Source of the DNA: Candidatus Electrothrix sp. GW3-4
GTDB taxonomy: Bacteria > Desulfobacterota > Desulfobulbia > Desulfobulbales > Desulfobulbaceae
Assembly (NCBI RefSeq): GCF_037902255.1
Contig: NZ_CP147990.1
Location: forward strand, 2,820,001 to 2,852,000
Length of the DNA stretch: 32,000 bases
Direction of reading: 5' to 3'
Shown here: positions 16,144-27,335 of the stretch, piece after piece
Position numbering within the stretch: the first letter of the stretch is position 1
Layout: every line of letters starts with the position of its first letter
Program-made: the position numbers and the translations under genes
Notes under the pieces: generated by a model
Told to the model about the DNA's origin: nothing
What the model saw: the letters and a program-made list of their open reading frames with translations, nothing else
Database searches by the model: none

Positions 16144-17625
16144 TTAGGCCTTTGCCCCCCAGGTAGTCCCGTCCGGCCCATCGTGCAACTCCACATTATG
16201 CGCCAGCAGCTTATCCCGGACCGCATCACTGGCAGCCCAATCCTTTTGCTCCCGGGCTACGTTTCGTTCTGCAATCAAGGTATTAATCTCTTCCTCAGCG
16301 AGGGTGATGGCGGCCAAAAGCTTGTCTTTTTTAGCCTGCATATACTGCACCGGGTCTTGCTGCACCACCCCAAGCAGACCAGCTAGTTCCTGCAGGGTGG
16401 TCCCGGCCTGCTCAAGGAGGGCCAGATCCTCAGCGCTCCCCTGCTGTGCAGCCAACATCCTGCAGGCCTTGTTCAGGACCTTGACCCCATCAAAGAGATG
16501 GCCCAGGGCCTGGGCCGTGTTAAAGTCGTTGTCCATGGCCGTCTCGAAACGCTGGCGCAGGGACTCAATCTTCTTGCGATCCTTTTGCCCGATCAACGAA
16601 CTTGCTGCATTAGCAACACCGCCATCCCTCTCTGCTGCCTGCATCAGCCCCTGGATCTTGGCCAGGCAGTCATAGACCCTGTCCAAACCGGTCTGGGCAT
16701 CCTGGAGGGCAGTCTCACTAAAGTCCAGGGGATTACGATACTGGGTAGAGAAGATAAAGAGGCGCAGGGTCTCAGCCGGGTACTCGCGGAGCACGTCCCG
16801 TATGGTCAGGAAATTGCCCAGGGACTTGGACATCTTCTCGTCCTTAATGGTGACAAAGCCATGGTGCATCCACAGGTTGGCAAAGGCACACTGGTTCGCA
16901 CCAACAGACTGGGCCAACTCATTCTCATGATGAGGGAAGATCAGGTCCTTGCCACCTCCGTGGATATCAAAGTTTTCCCCGAGATACTTGCGACTCATGG
17001 CAGAGCATTCAATATGCCAGCCTGGACGCCCTTCGCCCCAGGGGCTCTGCCATTTCGGTTCTCCAGGCTTTGCCCCTTTCCAGAGGACAAAGTCCATCGG
17101 GTCTTCTTTCTGTTCATTGACATTTATCCGAGCCCCGGCCTGCATATCTTCCAATTTCCGCCCGGAAAGGGTTCCGTACTCAGCAAACTGCCGCACCCGA
17201 TAATAGACATCCCCGCCAGCAGGATAGGCCAGCCCCTTGTCGATAAGGTCCTGGATCAAATCAATCATCTCCTGGATATGCTCAGTGGCCTTGGGTTCGA
17301 TATCCGCTCTGAGCACCCCAAGGGCATCCATGTCCGTATAGAATTCATCAATAAAGCGCTCGGCAAGCTTACCTGAATCCACGCCCTGCTCTGTGGCCCG
17401 GGCAATGATCTTATCATCAATATCTGTGAAGTTACGAACAAAGGTCACCTGATAATCACGGTAACGCAGATAACGAACCACCATATCAAAGACCAGGGCT
17501 GAACGGGCGTGCCCGATATGACAATAATCGTAAGAGGTTATTCCGCAGACATAGAGTCGGACATGTCCCTCCTTAATGGGGAAGAACGTTTCCTTTTTTC
17601 GTGTTAATGTGTTATATATCTTCAT
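16144..17625 (-). CDS. cysS: Cysteine--tRNA ligase
   Basis: MKIYNTLTRKKETF...YVCGITSYDYCHIGHARS (HIGH) and KMSKSLGN (KMSKS) match, and the 493-aa length is typical. Confidence 0.93.
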   Translation of the reverse strand: MKIYNTLTRKKETFFPIKEGHVRLYVCGITSYDYCHIGHARSALVFDMVVRYLRYRDYQVTFVRNFTDIDDKIIARATEQGVDSGKLAERFIDEFYTDMDALGVLRADIEPKATEHIQEMIDLIQDLIDKGLAYPAGGDVYYRVRQFAEYGTLSGRKLEDMQAGARINVNEQKEDPMDFVLWKGAKPGEPKWQSPWGEGRPGWHIECSAMSRKYLGENFDIHGGGKDLIFPHHENELAQSVGANQCAFANLWMHHGFVTIKDEKMSKSLGNFLTIRDVLREYPAETLRLFIFSTQYRNPLDFSETALQDAQTGLDRVYDCLAKIQGLMQAAERDGGVANAASSLIGQKDRKKIESLRQRFETAMDNDFNTAQALGHLFDGVKVLNKACRMLAAQQGSAEDLALLEQAGTTLQELAGLLGVVQQDPVQYMQAKKDKLLAAITLAEEEINTLIAERNVAREQKDWAASDAVRDKLLAHNVELHDGPDGTTWGAKA

Positions 17626-17794
17626 GTGAAAACTGTTGCGTATTAAGAGGTTCCCGGCTCTCTTCTCCGGTGTTTAACTAGGATAACACAGTCACCCATA
17701 ATGGACAACCTTATGCACAGCACCCAGTGCATCTCTTCAAACCTCTCTGCACCAGATCTTTTCACCTCATCACGCATTGAGCAGACGACACCCC

Positions 17795-19366
17795 ATGCCT
17801 AGTCAACAAAAGAAATACGACATCATCATCATAGGAGCTGGCCTCGGCGGACTCACGGCAGGTGCAAAGCTGGCAAAAGACGGCAAGAAGGTCTTGCTGC
17901 TCGAACAGCATCATAAGCCGGGAGGATGCGCAACCACATTCACGAGGCAGGGATATACTTGGGATGTGGGCCTGCATGCAATGGATGGGCTCGATATTGA
18001 CGACCGAAAAAGAATCATCTTCAAAGAGCTTGGCGTCTTTGACAAAGTGACCTTCGTAAAAGCTCCTGAATTCTACCGTCTCAAAAACCAACGCTTGGAC
18101 ATTGTTATCCCGCATCCCGCACAAAAAGCAGCCAGACTCCTGATGGCAAAATTCCCTGCTGAAAAACAGGGGATAGAAAAATTCTTTAAAACCATCCATG
18201 CCATTCGCAAAGAAAGCAACAGGATACCTCTACAACGCTGGAAGCTGCTCCTGCTCCTGCCTGTGTTCCCCTTCCTCTTCCCGAACATCTTTCTCTATAC
18301 CTTCAAAACCGTGGGCTCATTCCTTGACCAGGAAATAGCAAATGAGGACTTAAAGCTCGTTCTTGCAGGCAATATTTTATACTACCATGACGATCCATAC
18401 ACCATGTCCTTCATCTATTTTGCCATTGCCCAATCAGGGTATTTCGAGGGAGGATCCCATTATATCCAGGGCGGCTCACAACGACTCTCTGAGTATCTCG
18501 CCCAGGTCATCATAAAAAATAACGGTAAGATCCTGCTCAGCCATCTTGCTACGGAGATCATAACAGAAGGTCGTCAAGCTGTTGGTGTAAGGTACACAGA
18601 CCTTTGTGACGGCAAAAAAACAACGTTCTCTGCCTATGCAGACAAAATTATCGCCAACACTGCTGTTCCCAATATCGTCCCTATGTTGCATGGGAAGAAC
18701 AGAGGGCTCCTTAAAAACAAAATCAAGAAGCTGACACGTCCGTGTTCTCTTATCTCTATCTATATTGGTTTCAAACGGGAGGTCCGCGAACTCAAGAATA
18801 CAAACTATTGCACCTTCCTCCTCAATGACAAGGTAACAACATTAGGTGAGATGAAGAATAATTACAGAGGAGATTTTGCAGAACGAAGTTTTTTCTTTAC
18901 GGATTATAGTCAAATCGACACAAAACTCGTCCCTGCCGGAAGGAGCGTGGCCTCAATAGCCACAGCAGATTACTTTGAAGACTGGCAAGGGCTCAGCGAA
19001 AAGGAGTACCAAAAAAAGAAAGATGAAGTTGCTCATACTCTGTTGCAACGACTTGAGCAGCTGATTCCTGGCATAAGGGATGAGATAGCCTGTTATGAAG
19101 TTGGTACTCCAAAGACAATACAACGATACACCCTTAATCCAGGAGGCGTTGTCTATGGGTTTGCCCAACAGCCTCGACAGGCAGGAATCTTCAGAATGCC
19201 GAACACATCGCCTATAAAAAACCTGTATTTTGCTTCAGCGTGGACAAACCCTGGAGGGGGATTTACCGGCGCTCTTTTCAGCGGGTGGTTTTGTGCACAT
19301 GAGGTTATCTCCCCCCTTGAATCCCTTTTGTCCTACTTGCGCAACTTCCTGAAAACCAGAGGGTAA
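17795..19366 (+). CDS. FAD-dependent oxidoreductase of the phytoene desaturase (CrtI)-like family
   Basis: KYDIIIIGAGLGGLTAGAKLAKDGKKVLLLEQHHKPGGCATTF is a dinucleotide-binding motif of the CrtI/amine-oxidase type, and the ~520-aa size fits. The track ORF begins at a TTG at 17777; I prefer the ATG at 17795. Confidence 0.7.
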   Translation: MPSQQKKYDIIIIGAGLGGLTAGAKLAKDGKKVLLLEQHHKPGGCATTFTRQGYTWDVGLHAMDGLDIDDRKRIIFKELGVFDKVTFVKAPEFYRLKNQRLDIVIPHPAQKAARLLMAKFPAEKQGIEKFFKTIHAIRKESNRIPLQRWKLLLLLPVFPFLFPNIFLYTFKTVGSFLDQEIANEDLKLVLAGNILYYHDDPYTMSFIYFAIAQSGYFEGGSHYIQGGSQRLSEYLAQVIIKNNGKILLSHLATEIITEGRQAVGVRYTDLCDGKKTTFSAYADKIIANTAVPNIVPMLHGKNRGLLKNKIKKLTRPCSLISIYIGFKREVRELKNTNYCTFLLNDKVTTLGEMKNNYRGDFAERSFFFTDYSQIDTKLVPAGRSVASIATADYFEDWQGLSEKEYQKKKDEVAHTLLQRLEQLIPGIRDEIACYEVGTPKTIQRYTLNPGGVVYGFAQQPRQAGIFRMPNTSPIKNLYFASAWTNPGGGFTGALFSGWFCAHEVISPLESLLSYLRNFLKTRG

Positions 19367-19371
19367 AACTG

Positions 19372-20760
19372 ATGAGTAAAAAAAAAATCGTTATTCTCAA
19401 CGGAGCGCGTTCTGCTGATAAACACCTCAGTCCGATACTTGCCTTGTTGACGGATCTCTTGAAAACAAACATTGCTGCCCAGGTACAAATTTTCAGCTTC
19501 TCTGATATCACCATCAATCAATGCATCGGTTGCTTTCACTGTTGGGTCAACACCCCTGGTCAATGTATCCATACTGCCGATGCAGGCGAGAGCATTCTTC
19601 AGGCTGTTCTTGACAGCGACATACTTGTCTTATTCACTCCCGTTATTTTCGGTGGATATTCAGCAGAGCTTAAAAGGATTCTGGATCGTTTTCTACCGAT
19701 GGCACTGCCTTTTCTCCAAAAAATGCATGGGGAGGTACATCACCCAAGACGCTATGCAGCCTTTCCACATATTATAGGCATAGGCATCTCTCAGGCCCCA
19801 AATGATGAGATAACAAGGTGTTTCCGGACACTTGTTGGCCGAAATGCCGTTAATGCCAGCACAAGCTATAGCGCTGGCGTATTTTATCATGCCGAGTCTC
19901 CAGATAGGCTGCGCCAAGGTTTCCTCGAACTGTTTTCTACGACAGAGGACCTCCCAGGAAGAGATGAGCTTGAGGCACTCATGGCAAGGATAAATCTCAA
20001 TCCACCCGCAAAAATATCCCTGGGTAAGCGCAGGGCATTGCTTATAATCGGTAGCCCTAAAAGAAAAATGCCCAGCACCTCAGCAGTGCTGGGTGAACAG
20101 CTTCTGAGACAACTCGACAAACACGGCTGGCAGACGAGCTCACTGCTTCTTCGAGAAGATTTACTGACCCCTCAAGGCCAGCAGAGGCTCCTTTGCCATG
20201 TCGACGAAGCAGAGACCGTTATTGCGGCCTTTCCTCTCTACCTTGACGCACTCCCGTCAGGAATGACAAAGGCATTTGAGTTGATATCTTCGCATAGAGA
20301 GATCGCAAGAGAAAAACAGCCTAAAAACTTTCTCGCCATTGTGAATAATGGTCTTCCCGAGGCATATCAGAATGGTGTCGCCCTCGCCATATGCCGTTTC
20401 TTTGCTCTGCAATGCGATATGACCTGGGCGGGCGGACTCGCCTTTGGAGCAGGAGAGCAGCTCATCAGCGGCAATCCGCTAACAGGTTTTCGAGGCTTCA
20501 GAGGGACAATGCGCCCCCCGCTTTATTATGTCGTGCGAGCGTTGAATATGGCAGCCCATTCTCTCTCAAAAGGACATGCCATTCCAGAAAAGGCGGCTCA
20601 GATACTCTCTAACAAGCCCGTGCCATTGATTTCTTGGGCTCTTTGGCACTGGTTTCTTATGAGAAAAGGAAATAAGCTCTTAAAAAATGAGGCGAGAAAA
20701 AATGGCCTTGATATAAGGTCAATGTATCAGCAGCCCATCTCCAGAGATAATGAATCGTAA
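19372..20760 (+). CDS. Two-domain flavodoxin-like / NAD(P)H-dependent FMN reductase-like protein
   Basis: The N-terminal half (KKIVILNGARS...CIGCFHCW...PGQC...ILVLFTPVIFGGYSAELKRILDR) and the second half (RALLIIGSPKRK...VIAAFPLYLDALPSGMTKAF) both look flavodoxin-fold. The start lies 5 nt after the upstream stop. Confidence 0.55.
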   Translation: MSKKKIVILNGARSADKHLSPILALLTDLLKTNIAAQVQIFSFSDITINQCIGCFHCWVNTPGQCIHTADAGESILQAVLDSDILVLFTPVIFGGYSAELKRILDRFLPMALPFLQKMHGEVHHPRRYAAFPHIIGIGISQAPNDEITRCFRTLVGRNAVNASTSYSAGVFYHAESPDRLRQGFLELFSTTEDLPGRDELEALMARINLNPPAKISLGKRRALLIIGSPKRKMPSTSAVLGEQLLRQLDKHGWQTSSLLLREDLLTPQGQQRLLCHVDEAETVIAAFPLYLDALPSGMTKAFELISSHREIAREKQPKNFLAIVNNGLPEAYQNGVALAICRFFALQCDMTWAGGLAFGAGEQLISGNPLTGFRGFRGTMRPPLYYVVRALNMAAHSLSKGHAIPEKAAQILSNKPVPLISWALWHWFLMRKGNKLLKNEARKNGLDIRSMYQQPISRDNES

Positions 20761-20963
20761 GGAATTATCCTTCCAGGATTACCTCCACAAGGCAAAGACT
20801 ATCAAGGTGAAAATACGAGGTACGACATGATCCGATATCGTTTTTCCCTTCCCTTTTTGCCTTCCCCTTGAGGCGGAGAGTTTTTACTGGCTTGCGGTCA
20901 GCTATGGCAATCTTGCCCTCCTGCGGGAAGCAAAGAAAAGGTCAAGCTCTCAGATTGCATTCC

Positions 20964-21635
20964 TCAAGAAAGGGTGCTTTCGACCGTGGCAAAGGTGGAA
21001 CAGCCATCGGCAAGATTTTCCACCTCAACCCGGAACCAGCTGATCTCGGCGGTGGTTTGCAGCGTCTCACCAAGCTGTCCGCATAAGGACTCAACAGAGG
21101 CGGCGGATGAGCCCACTCTAATGGCCTGCTGCACCTTGCTGATCAGATCTTCAAGCCAGATAAACTCATTAAAACGAACAGAGACCTGGGCATAGCCCCA
21201 ACGTCCCAACGAGTCGGGCAGTGTGATCGGTACATTCAGTTCCATGACTAGATCATCGCCCTCTTGGAGCGAACCGTGCATGCGGCACTCATAACGCTCA
21301 ACACCGCCCCCCTGAGCAGTACGTTCAAGAAAATAGGGAAAGCGTACTTCCAGATGGGCGGCTTCAGCATCAAGCTGATCCTTCATTTCCTGGAGGATCA
21401 GATGAAATTTCTGCAGATCAAATTTGCCGTGGAACCTGTTCAGGATCTCGACAAAGCGACTCATATGGGTCCCCTTGAACCGATGAGGCAGGTTCACATA
21501 CATGTCCACCGTGGCCACAGTATGTTGCAGCTTCTTCTGCCGATCCAGGACGGTAATGGGGTAGGAAATAGTTTTTACACCGACCTTGCGTATGCTGATT
21601 CGGCGATCATCCTGAAGGTTCTGAATATCTTTCAT
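20964..21635 (-). CDS. GTP cyclohydrolase FolE2/MptA-family homolog (possibly non-catalytic)
   Basis: The N-terminal half (IRKVGVKTISYPITV...TVATVDMYVNLPHRFKGTHMSRFVEIL) matches the FolE2 family. The C-terminal half lacks the Cys/His motifs I recall for the family (see findings). Confidence 0.6.
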   Translation of the reverse strand: MKDIQNLQDDRRISIRKVGVKTISYPITVLDRQKKLQHTVATVDMYVNLPHRFKGTHMSRFVEILNRFHGKFDLQKFHLILQEMKDQLDAEAAHLEVRFPYFLERTAQGGGVERYECRMHGSLQEGDDLVMELNVPITLPDSLGRWGYAQVSVRFNEFIWLEDLISKVQQAIRVGSSAASVESLCGQLGETLQTTAEISWFRVEVENLADGCSTFATVESTLS

Positions 21636-21743
21636 GACAGAGACAACTGCTCAAGAGGCAGTCATAAAAATGCACGCCAACGCGAGCCTGCAAAAGAATG
21701 TGGCGAAAAATCCTTTCTGCCCGCTCTCCCGAGGCTCCTCAGG

Positions 21744-21785
21744 CTGAGTCGAGACACCTGAGTCGGGATACCTTAGTCGAGATAC
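21744..21785. repeat. Three tandem 14-bp units
   Basis: The units are CTGAGTCGAGACAC, CTGAGTCGGGATAC and CTTAGTCGAGATAC. The third overlaps the receiver-gene stop codon. The array lies 110-150 nt upstream of the FolE2-like start. Confidence 0.8.
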
Positions 21786-22129
21786 TTATGGACAGCGGCT
21801 TTCAGCTCGTCAGTGTTGGCGGACTTGACAATATACTCATCTGAAGCCCAAGCGCCCAGATCTTCTTTATATTCCGGATAAGCGGAACTGAGGATCACCG
21901 GTAGCTCAGCATTGATCGCCTTCATCTGGCGGAGAACCTCAATGCCGTTCATTCCCGGCATATTGATATCAAGGATCACTAAGTCCGGTGGAGAGGCCTT
22001 AAAGACCTCTAAGGCCTGATCTCCGTTATGAGCGACCTCCACAGCAAAACCCTCTTCCTCTATTTCCTCGCTGTATAATAAGAGGATGCTCTCCTCGTCA
22101 TCAACAAGTAGCACCTTTTTTTTTTCCAC
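21773..22129 (-). CDS. Stand-alone response-regulator receiver (CheY-like)
   Basis: KVLLVDDEE, DLVILDINMPGMNG and a conserved K near the end match a receiver domain, and the 118 aa include no output domain. The GTG start follows GGAGAGG. Confidence 0.85.
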   Translation of the reverse strand: MEKKKVLLVDDEESILLLYSEEIEEEGFAVEVAHNGDQALEVFKASPPDLVILDINMPGMNGIEVLRQMKAINAELPVILSSAYPEYKEDLGAWASDEYIVKSANTDELKAAVHKYLD

Positions 22130-22141
22130 AGTATTCCTCTC

Positions 22142-23143
22142 CTACAGTTCGATCTGACGTAAATACCGACACGCATCCTCAGGAGGCATCGGATTGATAT
22201 AAAAGCCTGTCCCCCATTCAAAGCCAGCAATATTGGTCAGCTTGGGAACGATCTCAAAATGCCAATGATAATGGTCAAGCGCACCTGACTGCAGGGGCTG
22301 GGTATGGAGAACAAAGTTATAGGGAATTCCTGGAATACAGGCATCCAGCCGTCGCAGTGTCTCAGAAAAAATGCGGGTCAGATCAGCCAAGGAGGCCTCA
22401 TCCTGGCTCACATAGGATGAGTTATGCTTCTTGGGCAGGATCCACATCTCAAAGGGCGTTCGGGGCGCAAAGGGAGCCAGGGTCACAAAATGCTCATTTT
22501 CACAGACCAGACGAGTATTCTGCTGAATCTCCTGGCGAATAATATCACAAAAGATACAACGGTCCTTATAATCATAATAGGACTTGCTGCCTGCAAGCTC
22601 AGCAGCCAGCATACGCGGCATAACAGGCAGGGCCACCAGTTGGGAATGGGTATGTTCAAGAGATGCACCGGCTGCTCTGCCATTATTCTTAAACACCATC
22701 ACATAGACAAAGCGATCATCATGGGACAGGTCCCGAATGCGCTCCTGAAAGGCCCTGAAGGTAAGCAGCATCTGCTCATGAGGGAGAAAGGCAAACTGAT
22801 CAGCATGTTGAGGACTCTCAATAACGACCTCATGGGCGCCAATTCCGTTCATCCGGTCATAGAGCCCTTCTCCCTGCTTATCCAGCTCTCCTTCAATCAC
22901 CAGGGCAGGGTATTTATTCGGCACAACCCGGAGGTTCCAGCCCGAGGTATTGGCTGGTCGTTGCGGATCACGACCATAGACCAGGACCTCGGGCGGCGTG
23001 GTCTTTTCATTGCCTGGACAGAGAGGACAAAAGCCGCCTCTGATCACCGGCGTGTCAACAGCAAAGTCTGTTGGTCGTTTACTGCGTTCCCTGGCAATAA
23101 TTATCCAACGCCCAAGAATAGGGTCTTTGCGTAATTCAGGCAT
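22142..23143 (-). CDS. GalT-family (HIT superfamily) hexose-1-phosphate nucleotidyltransferase-like protein
   Basis: LRKDPILGRWIIIARERSKRP, CPLCPGNE and HTHSQLVALP (an HxHxQ active-site motif) are present. Confidence 0.7.
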   Translation of the reverse strand: MPELRKDPILGRWIIIARERSKRPTDFAVDTPVIRGGFCPLCPGNEKTTPPEVLVYGRDPQRPANTSGWNLRVVPNKYPALVIEGELDKQGEGLYDRMNGIGAHEVVIESPQHADQFAFLPHEQMLLTFRAFQERIRDLSHDDRFVYVMVFKNNGRAAGASLEHTHSQLVALPVMPRMLAAELAGSKSYYDYKDRCIFCDIIRQEIQQNTRLVCENEHFVTLAPFAPRTPFEMWILPKKHNSSYVSQDEASLADLTRIFSETLRRLDACIPGIPYNFVLHTQPLQSGALDHYHWHFEIVPKLTNIAGFEWGTGFYINPMPPEDACRYLRQIEL

Positions 23144-23506
23144 TTATTTCCCCAGATTTTTTTCCCGCCGTTCCTGCTCAAGCTTACAGTCAATACAGTG
23201 GGTTGCAACCGGACGAGCCTGCAATCGCTTGATACCTATGGGCTCCTCGCAGGCCGCACAGACACCATAGGTCCCGTTATCAATCCTGCCGATAGCCAAT
23301 TCTATTTTATCCAGCAGTTTACGTTCTCTGCTGCGCAGGCGCAGTTCAAACTCACGATCCGACTCAATAGTCGCCCGATCATTGGGATCAGGAATATTGC
23401 CGTGTTGGCTGGTCATCTCAGTCAGCGTTTGCTCAACGTCGGAGATGATCTCTCCCTTCATTCCCTCAAGCTGCTCTTTAAATTCCTGCAGTTGTTCACT
23501 ATCCAT
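23144..23506 (-). CDS. dksA: DksA/TraR-family C4 zinc-finger protein
   Basis: A coiled-coil N-terminus is followed by CAACEEPIGIKRLQARPVATHCIDCK. The stop directly abuts the GalT-like start. Confidence 0.8.
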   Translation of the reverse strand: MDSEQLQEFKEQLEGMKGEIISDVEQTLTEMTSQHGNIPDPNDRATIESDREFELRLRSRERKLLDKIELAIGRIDNGTYGVCAACEEPIGIKRLQARPVATHCIDCKLEQERREKNLGK

Positions 23507-23521
23507 GCATCACTCCTCCAA

Positions 23522-24013
23522 TCACCGACCCTGTCGGCTGTAATCACCGCTCTTGCCACCGCTTTTGCTCTTCAGACGAATGTCAGAAATCTCCATTCCC
23601 TTATCTACGGCCTTACACATGTCATAGATAGTCAAAGCTGAGACAGAAACAGCTGTTAATGCCTCCATCTCCACACCAGTTCTTCCTCTAATGCCAACGG
23701 TGGCCTCAATCTCGACGGCATTCTCGTCATCATCAAAGGTAAAGGATATATCCGCCCTGGTAATCGCCAGGGGATGGCAGAGCGGTATCAGGCTATCGAC
23801 CTTTTTGGCCGCCATTATACCGGCTATCCTGGCCACACCGAGGACATCGCCCTTTTTCATCGTGCCAGCCCGGACCATGCTATAGGCAGTGGATGTCATA
23901 CGAATACGCCCTGCAGCCACCGCGATCCGTTCAGACGGGTCCTTGGGGCCGACATTCACCATACGGGCATTACCAGCATCGTCAAAATGGGTCAACTCGG
24001 GTTTCACGCTCAT
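23522..24013 (-). CDS. moaC: Cyclic pyranopterin monophosphate synthase
   Basis: [18 protein letters not shown]...[19 protein letters not shown]...IPLCHPL...[23 protein letters not shown] reads as MoaC. Confidence 0.9.
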   Translation of the reverse strand: MSVKPELTHFDDAGNARMVNVGPKDPSERIAVAAGRIRMTSTAYSMVRAGTMKKGDVLGVARIAGIMAAKKVDSLIPLCHPLAITRADISFTFDDDENAVEIEATVGIRGRTGVEMEALTAVSVSALTIYDMCKAVDKGMEISDIRLKSKSGGKSGDYSRQGR

Positions 24014-24048
24014 TCTATCTCAAATCAAGGCGTACGGACAGGGTAAAA

Positions 24049-25176
24049 TCAGGCTTTATCCTTTTCCTTCCCTTTAAAATGCCCGTGCAATATCTTAGAA
24101 AAAAAGCCCTCTTCCTCTTGGTCGCAATGCTCATCAAACTCCCGAAGCAATTCCTTCTGCTTCTTGGTCAAATCAATAGGGGTCTGCACCTGGGCCTCAA
24201 CAATCATATCCCCTGGCCGCCCTCCGCGCAGGCCGACAACTCCTTCACCACGCAGGGTAAGCCGTTCACCGGACTGGGTGCCTGCCTTAATCTTTAATTT
24301 GGCGCTGCCATTGACCGTAGGGACATCCACTTCGCAGCCCAAGGCTGCTTTGGCCATGGAAACAGGGTAACGGAGATAGATCGTCCGACCATCGCGGAGA
24401 AAATACTCATGCTCCTGGACATGAATAATCACATAGAGGTCTCCGGCCTGACCACCTCGGCGGCCGCCCTCCCCCTCGCCGCTCAAACGCATCCGGGCCC
24501 CGGTATCAACTCCGGCCGGAATCTTGAGCATGACCTTTTTCCGTTTATTGACCAGGCCTTCCCCGTTACAATCAGCACAGGGTTCAACCACAATCTGGCC
24601 AGCGCCCCGACATTGTGGACAGGTGCTACTGACCTGAAAAAAGCCCTGGGAACGGATCACCTGGCCCCGCCCCTGACAGGTGGGACAGGTCTGGGGTTGA
24701 TGGCCCGGACGTGCCCCTGAGCCCTCGCAGGTCCAGCAGGTTTCCGGCTTGGTGATCTCAACCTCTTTCTCAATCCCATGCACGGCATCCATGAAAGAGA
24801 TCTCCAGATCATAACGCAGGTCATTGCCCTGAACAGGCCCGTTAGGGTCCCGCTGCCGGGAGCGACCGCCGCCAAAACCAAACATATCACCGAACATCTC
24901 GTTGATATGGGAAAAGATATCACTGGCATTCCCCGGTCCAGAGTAACCGGTATTTTTCAGGCCATCATGGCCGTAGGTATCATAGACTTGCCGTTTCTGG
25001 GCATCGCTGAGCACTTCATAGGCCTCAGCAGCCTCTTTGAAACGATTTTCCGCCTCTTGGTCATCCGGATTACGGTCCGGATGATACTTCATGGCAAGCT
25101 TGCGATACGCCTTTTTTATGACATCCCCGTCAGCATCCCGAGAGACATTCAGGATTTCATAATAATCTCTACTCAT
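24049..25176 (-). CDS. dnaJ: Molecular chaperone DnaJ
   Basis: The J domain reads [34 protein letters not shown]. It is followed by a G/F region and four CxxCxGxG zinc motifs. Confidence 0.93.
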   Translation of the reverse strand: MSRDYYEILNVSRDADGDVIKKAYRKLAMKYHPDRNPDDQEAENRFKEAAEAYEVLSDAQKRQVYDTYGHDGLKNTGYSGPGNASDIFSHINEMFGDMFGFGGGRSRQRDPNGPVQGNDLRYDLEISFMDAVHGIEKEVEITKPETCWTCEGSGARPGHQPQTCPTCQGRGQVIRSQGFFQVSSTCPQCRGAGQIVVEPCADCNGEGLVNKRKKVMLKIPAGVDTGARMRLSGEGEGGRRGGQAGDLYVIIHVQEHEYFLRDGRTIYLRYPVSMAKAALGCEVDVPTVNGSAKLKIKAGTQSGERLTLRGEGVVGLRGGRPGDMIVEAQVQTPIDLTKKQKELLREFDEHCDQEEEGFFSKILHGHFKGKEKDKA

Positions 25177-25197
25177 AGCTGGCTCTAATGTCTAAAA

Positions 25198-25476
25198 TTA
25201 TTCCTGCTCGTCTTCATTATTTTTTTCCGTCCGCCCGGCTCGTTCAGCCGCTTCCTCAGCCCGACGTTGCGCAGGAAGATCCTTAATATTGTCAAAGGTC
25301 ACATCTCCGCTGGCAATCTCACGCAGGGTCATAACCACTTCCTTATTTTTGCCCGCAACAAGAAAAGGTTCTCCTTTGCGATGCTGGCGAATCCGCTCAA
25401 CAGCGAGATGCACTAAGGCAAAACGGTTATCATCACCAACCTGGGAAAGACAGTCTTCCACGGTAATACGAGCCAT
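25198..25476 (-). CDS. rpoZ: DNA-directed RNA polymerase omega subunit
   Basis: [31 protein letters not shown] reads as RpoZ. I trimmed the start to the ATG at 25474-25476, after GGAGAAGGGAG. Confidence 0.85.
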   Translation of the reverse strand: MARITVEDCLSQVGDDNRFALVHLAVERIRQHRKGEPFLVAGKNKEVVMTLREIASGDVTFDNIKDLPAQRRAEEAAERAGRTEKNNEDEQE

Positions 25477-25787
25477 ACTCCCTTCTCCTGAACAGAAAGA
25501 ACCTGACAGATAAATCTGCCAGGCACTCTCTCCTCTAAAATATAAACTTCCATCCCGGTCCAGCGGACCGAAACAACAAAACATGCACGTTGGTCGAGCG
25601 ACTTGAATGTCTCACCCGGCACGTTCACATAACGCTCTCCCCCTGGGGAGGGACAACAAAATATGAACGAGGAAAATCCAGGTCGCCTTGCTCAACCACT
25701 TTCATATAAAAAAATCAGCAACGATTTAACACGATAAAGACAGCAATTCTCAGGAACCGACCTCAGAAGATTGTGCTCCCTTATCAA

Positions 25788-27329
<1,542 letters not shown>

Positions 27330-27335
27330 CTATTT

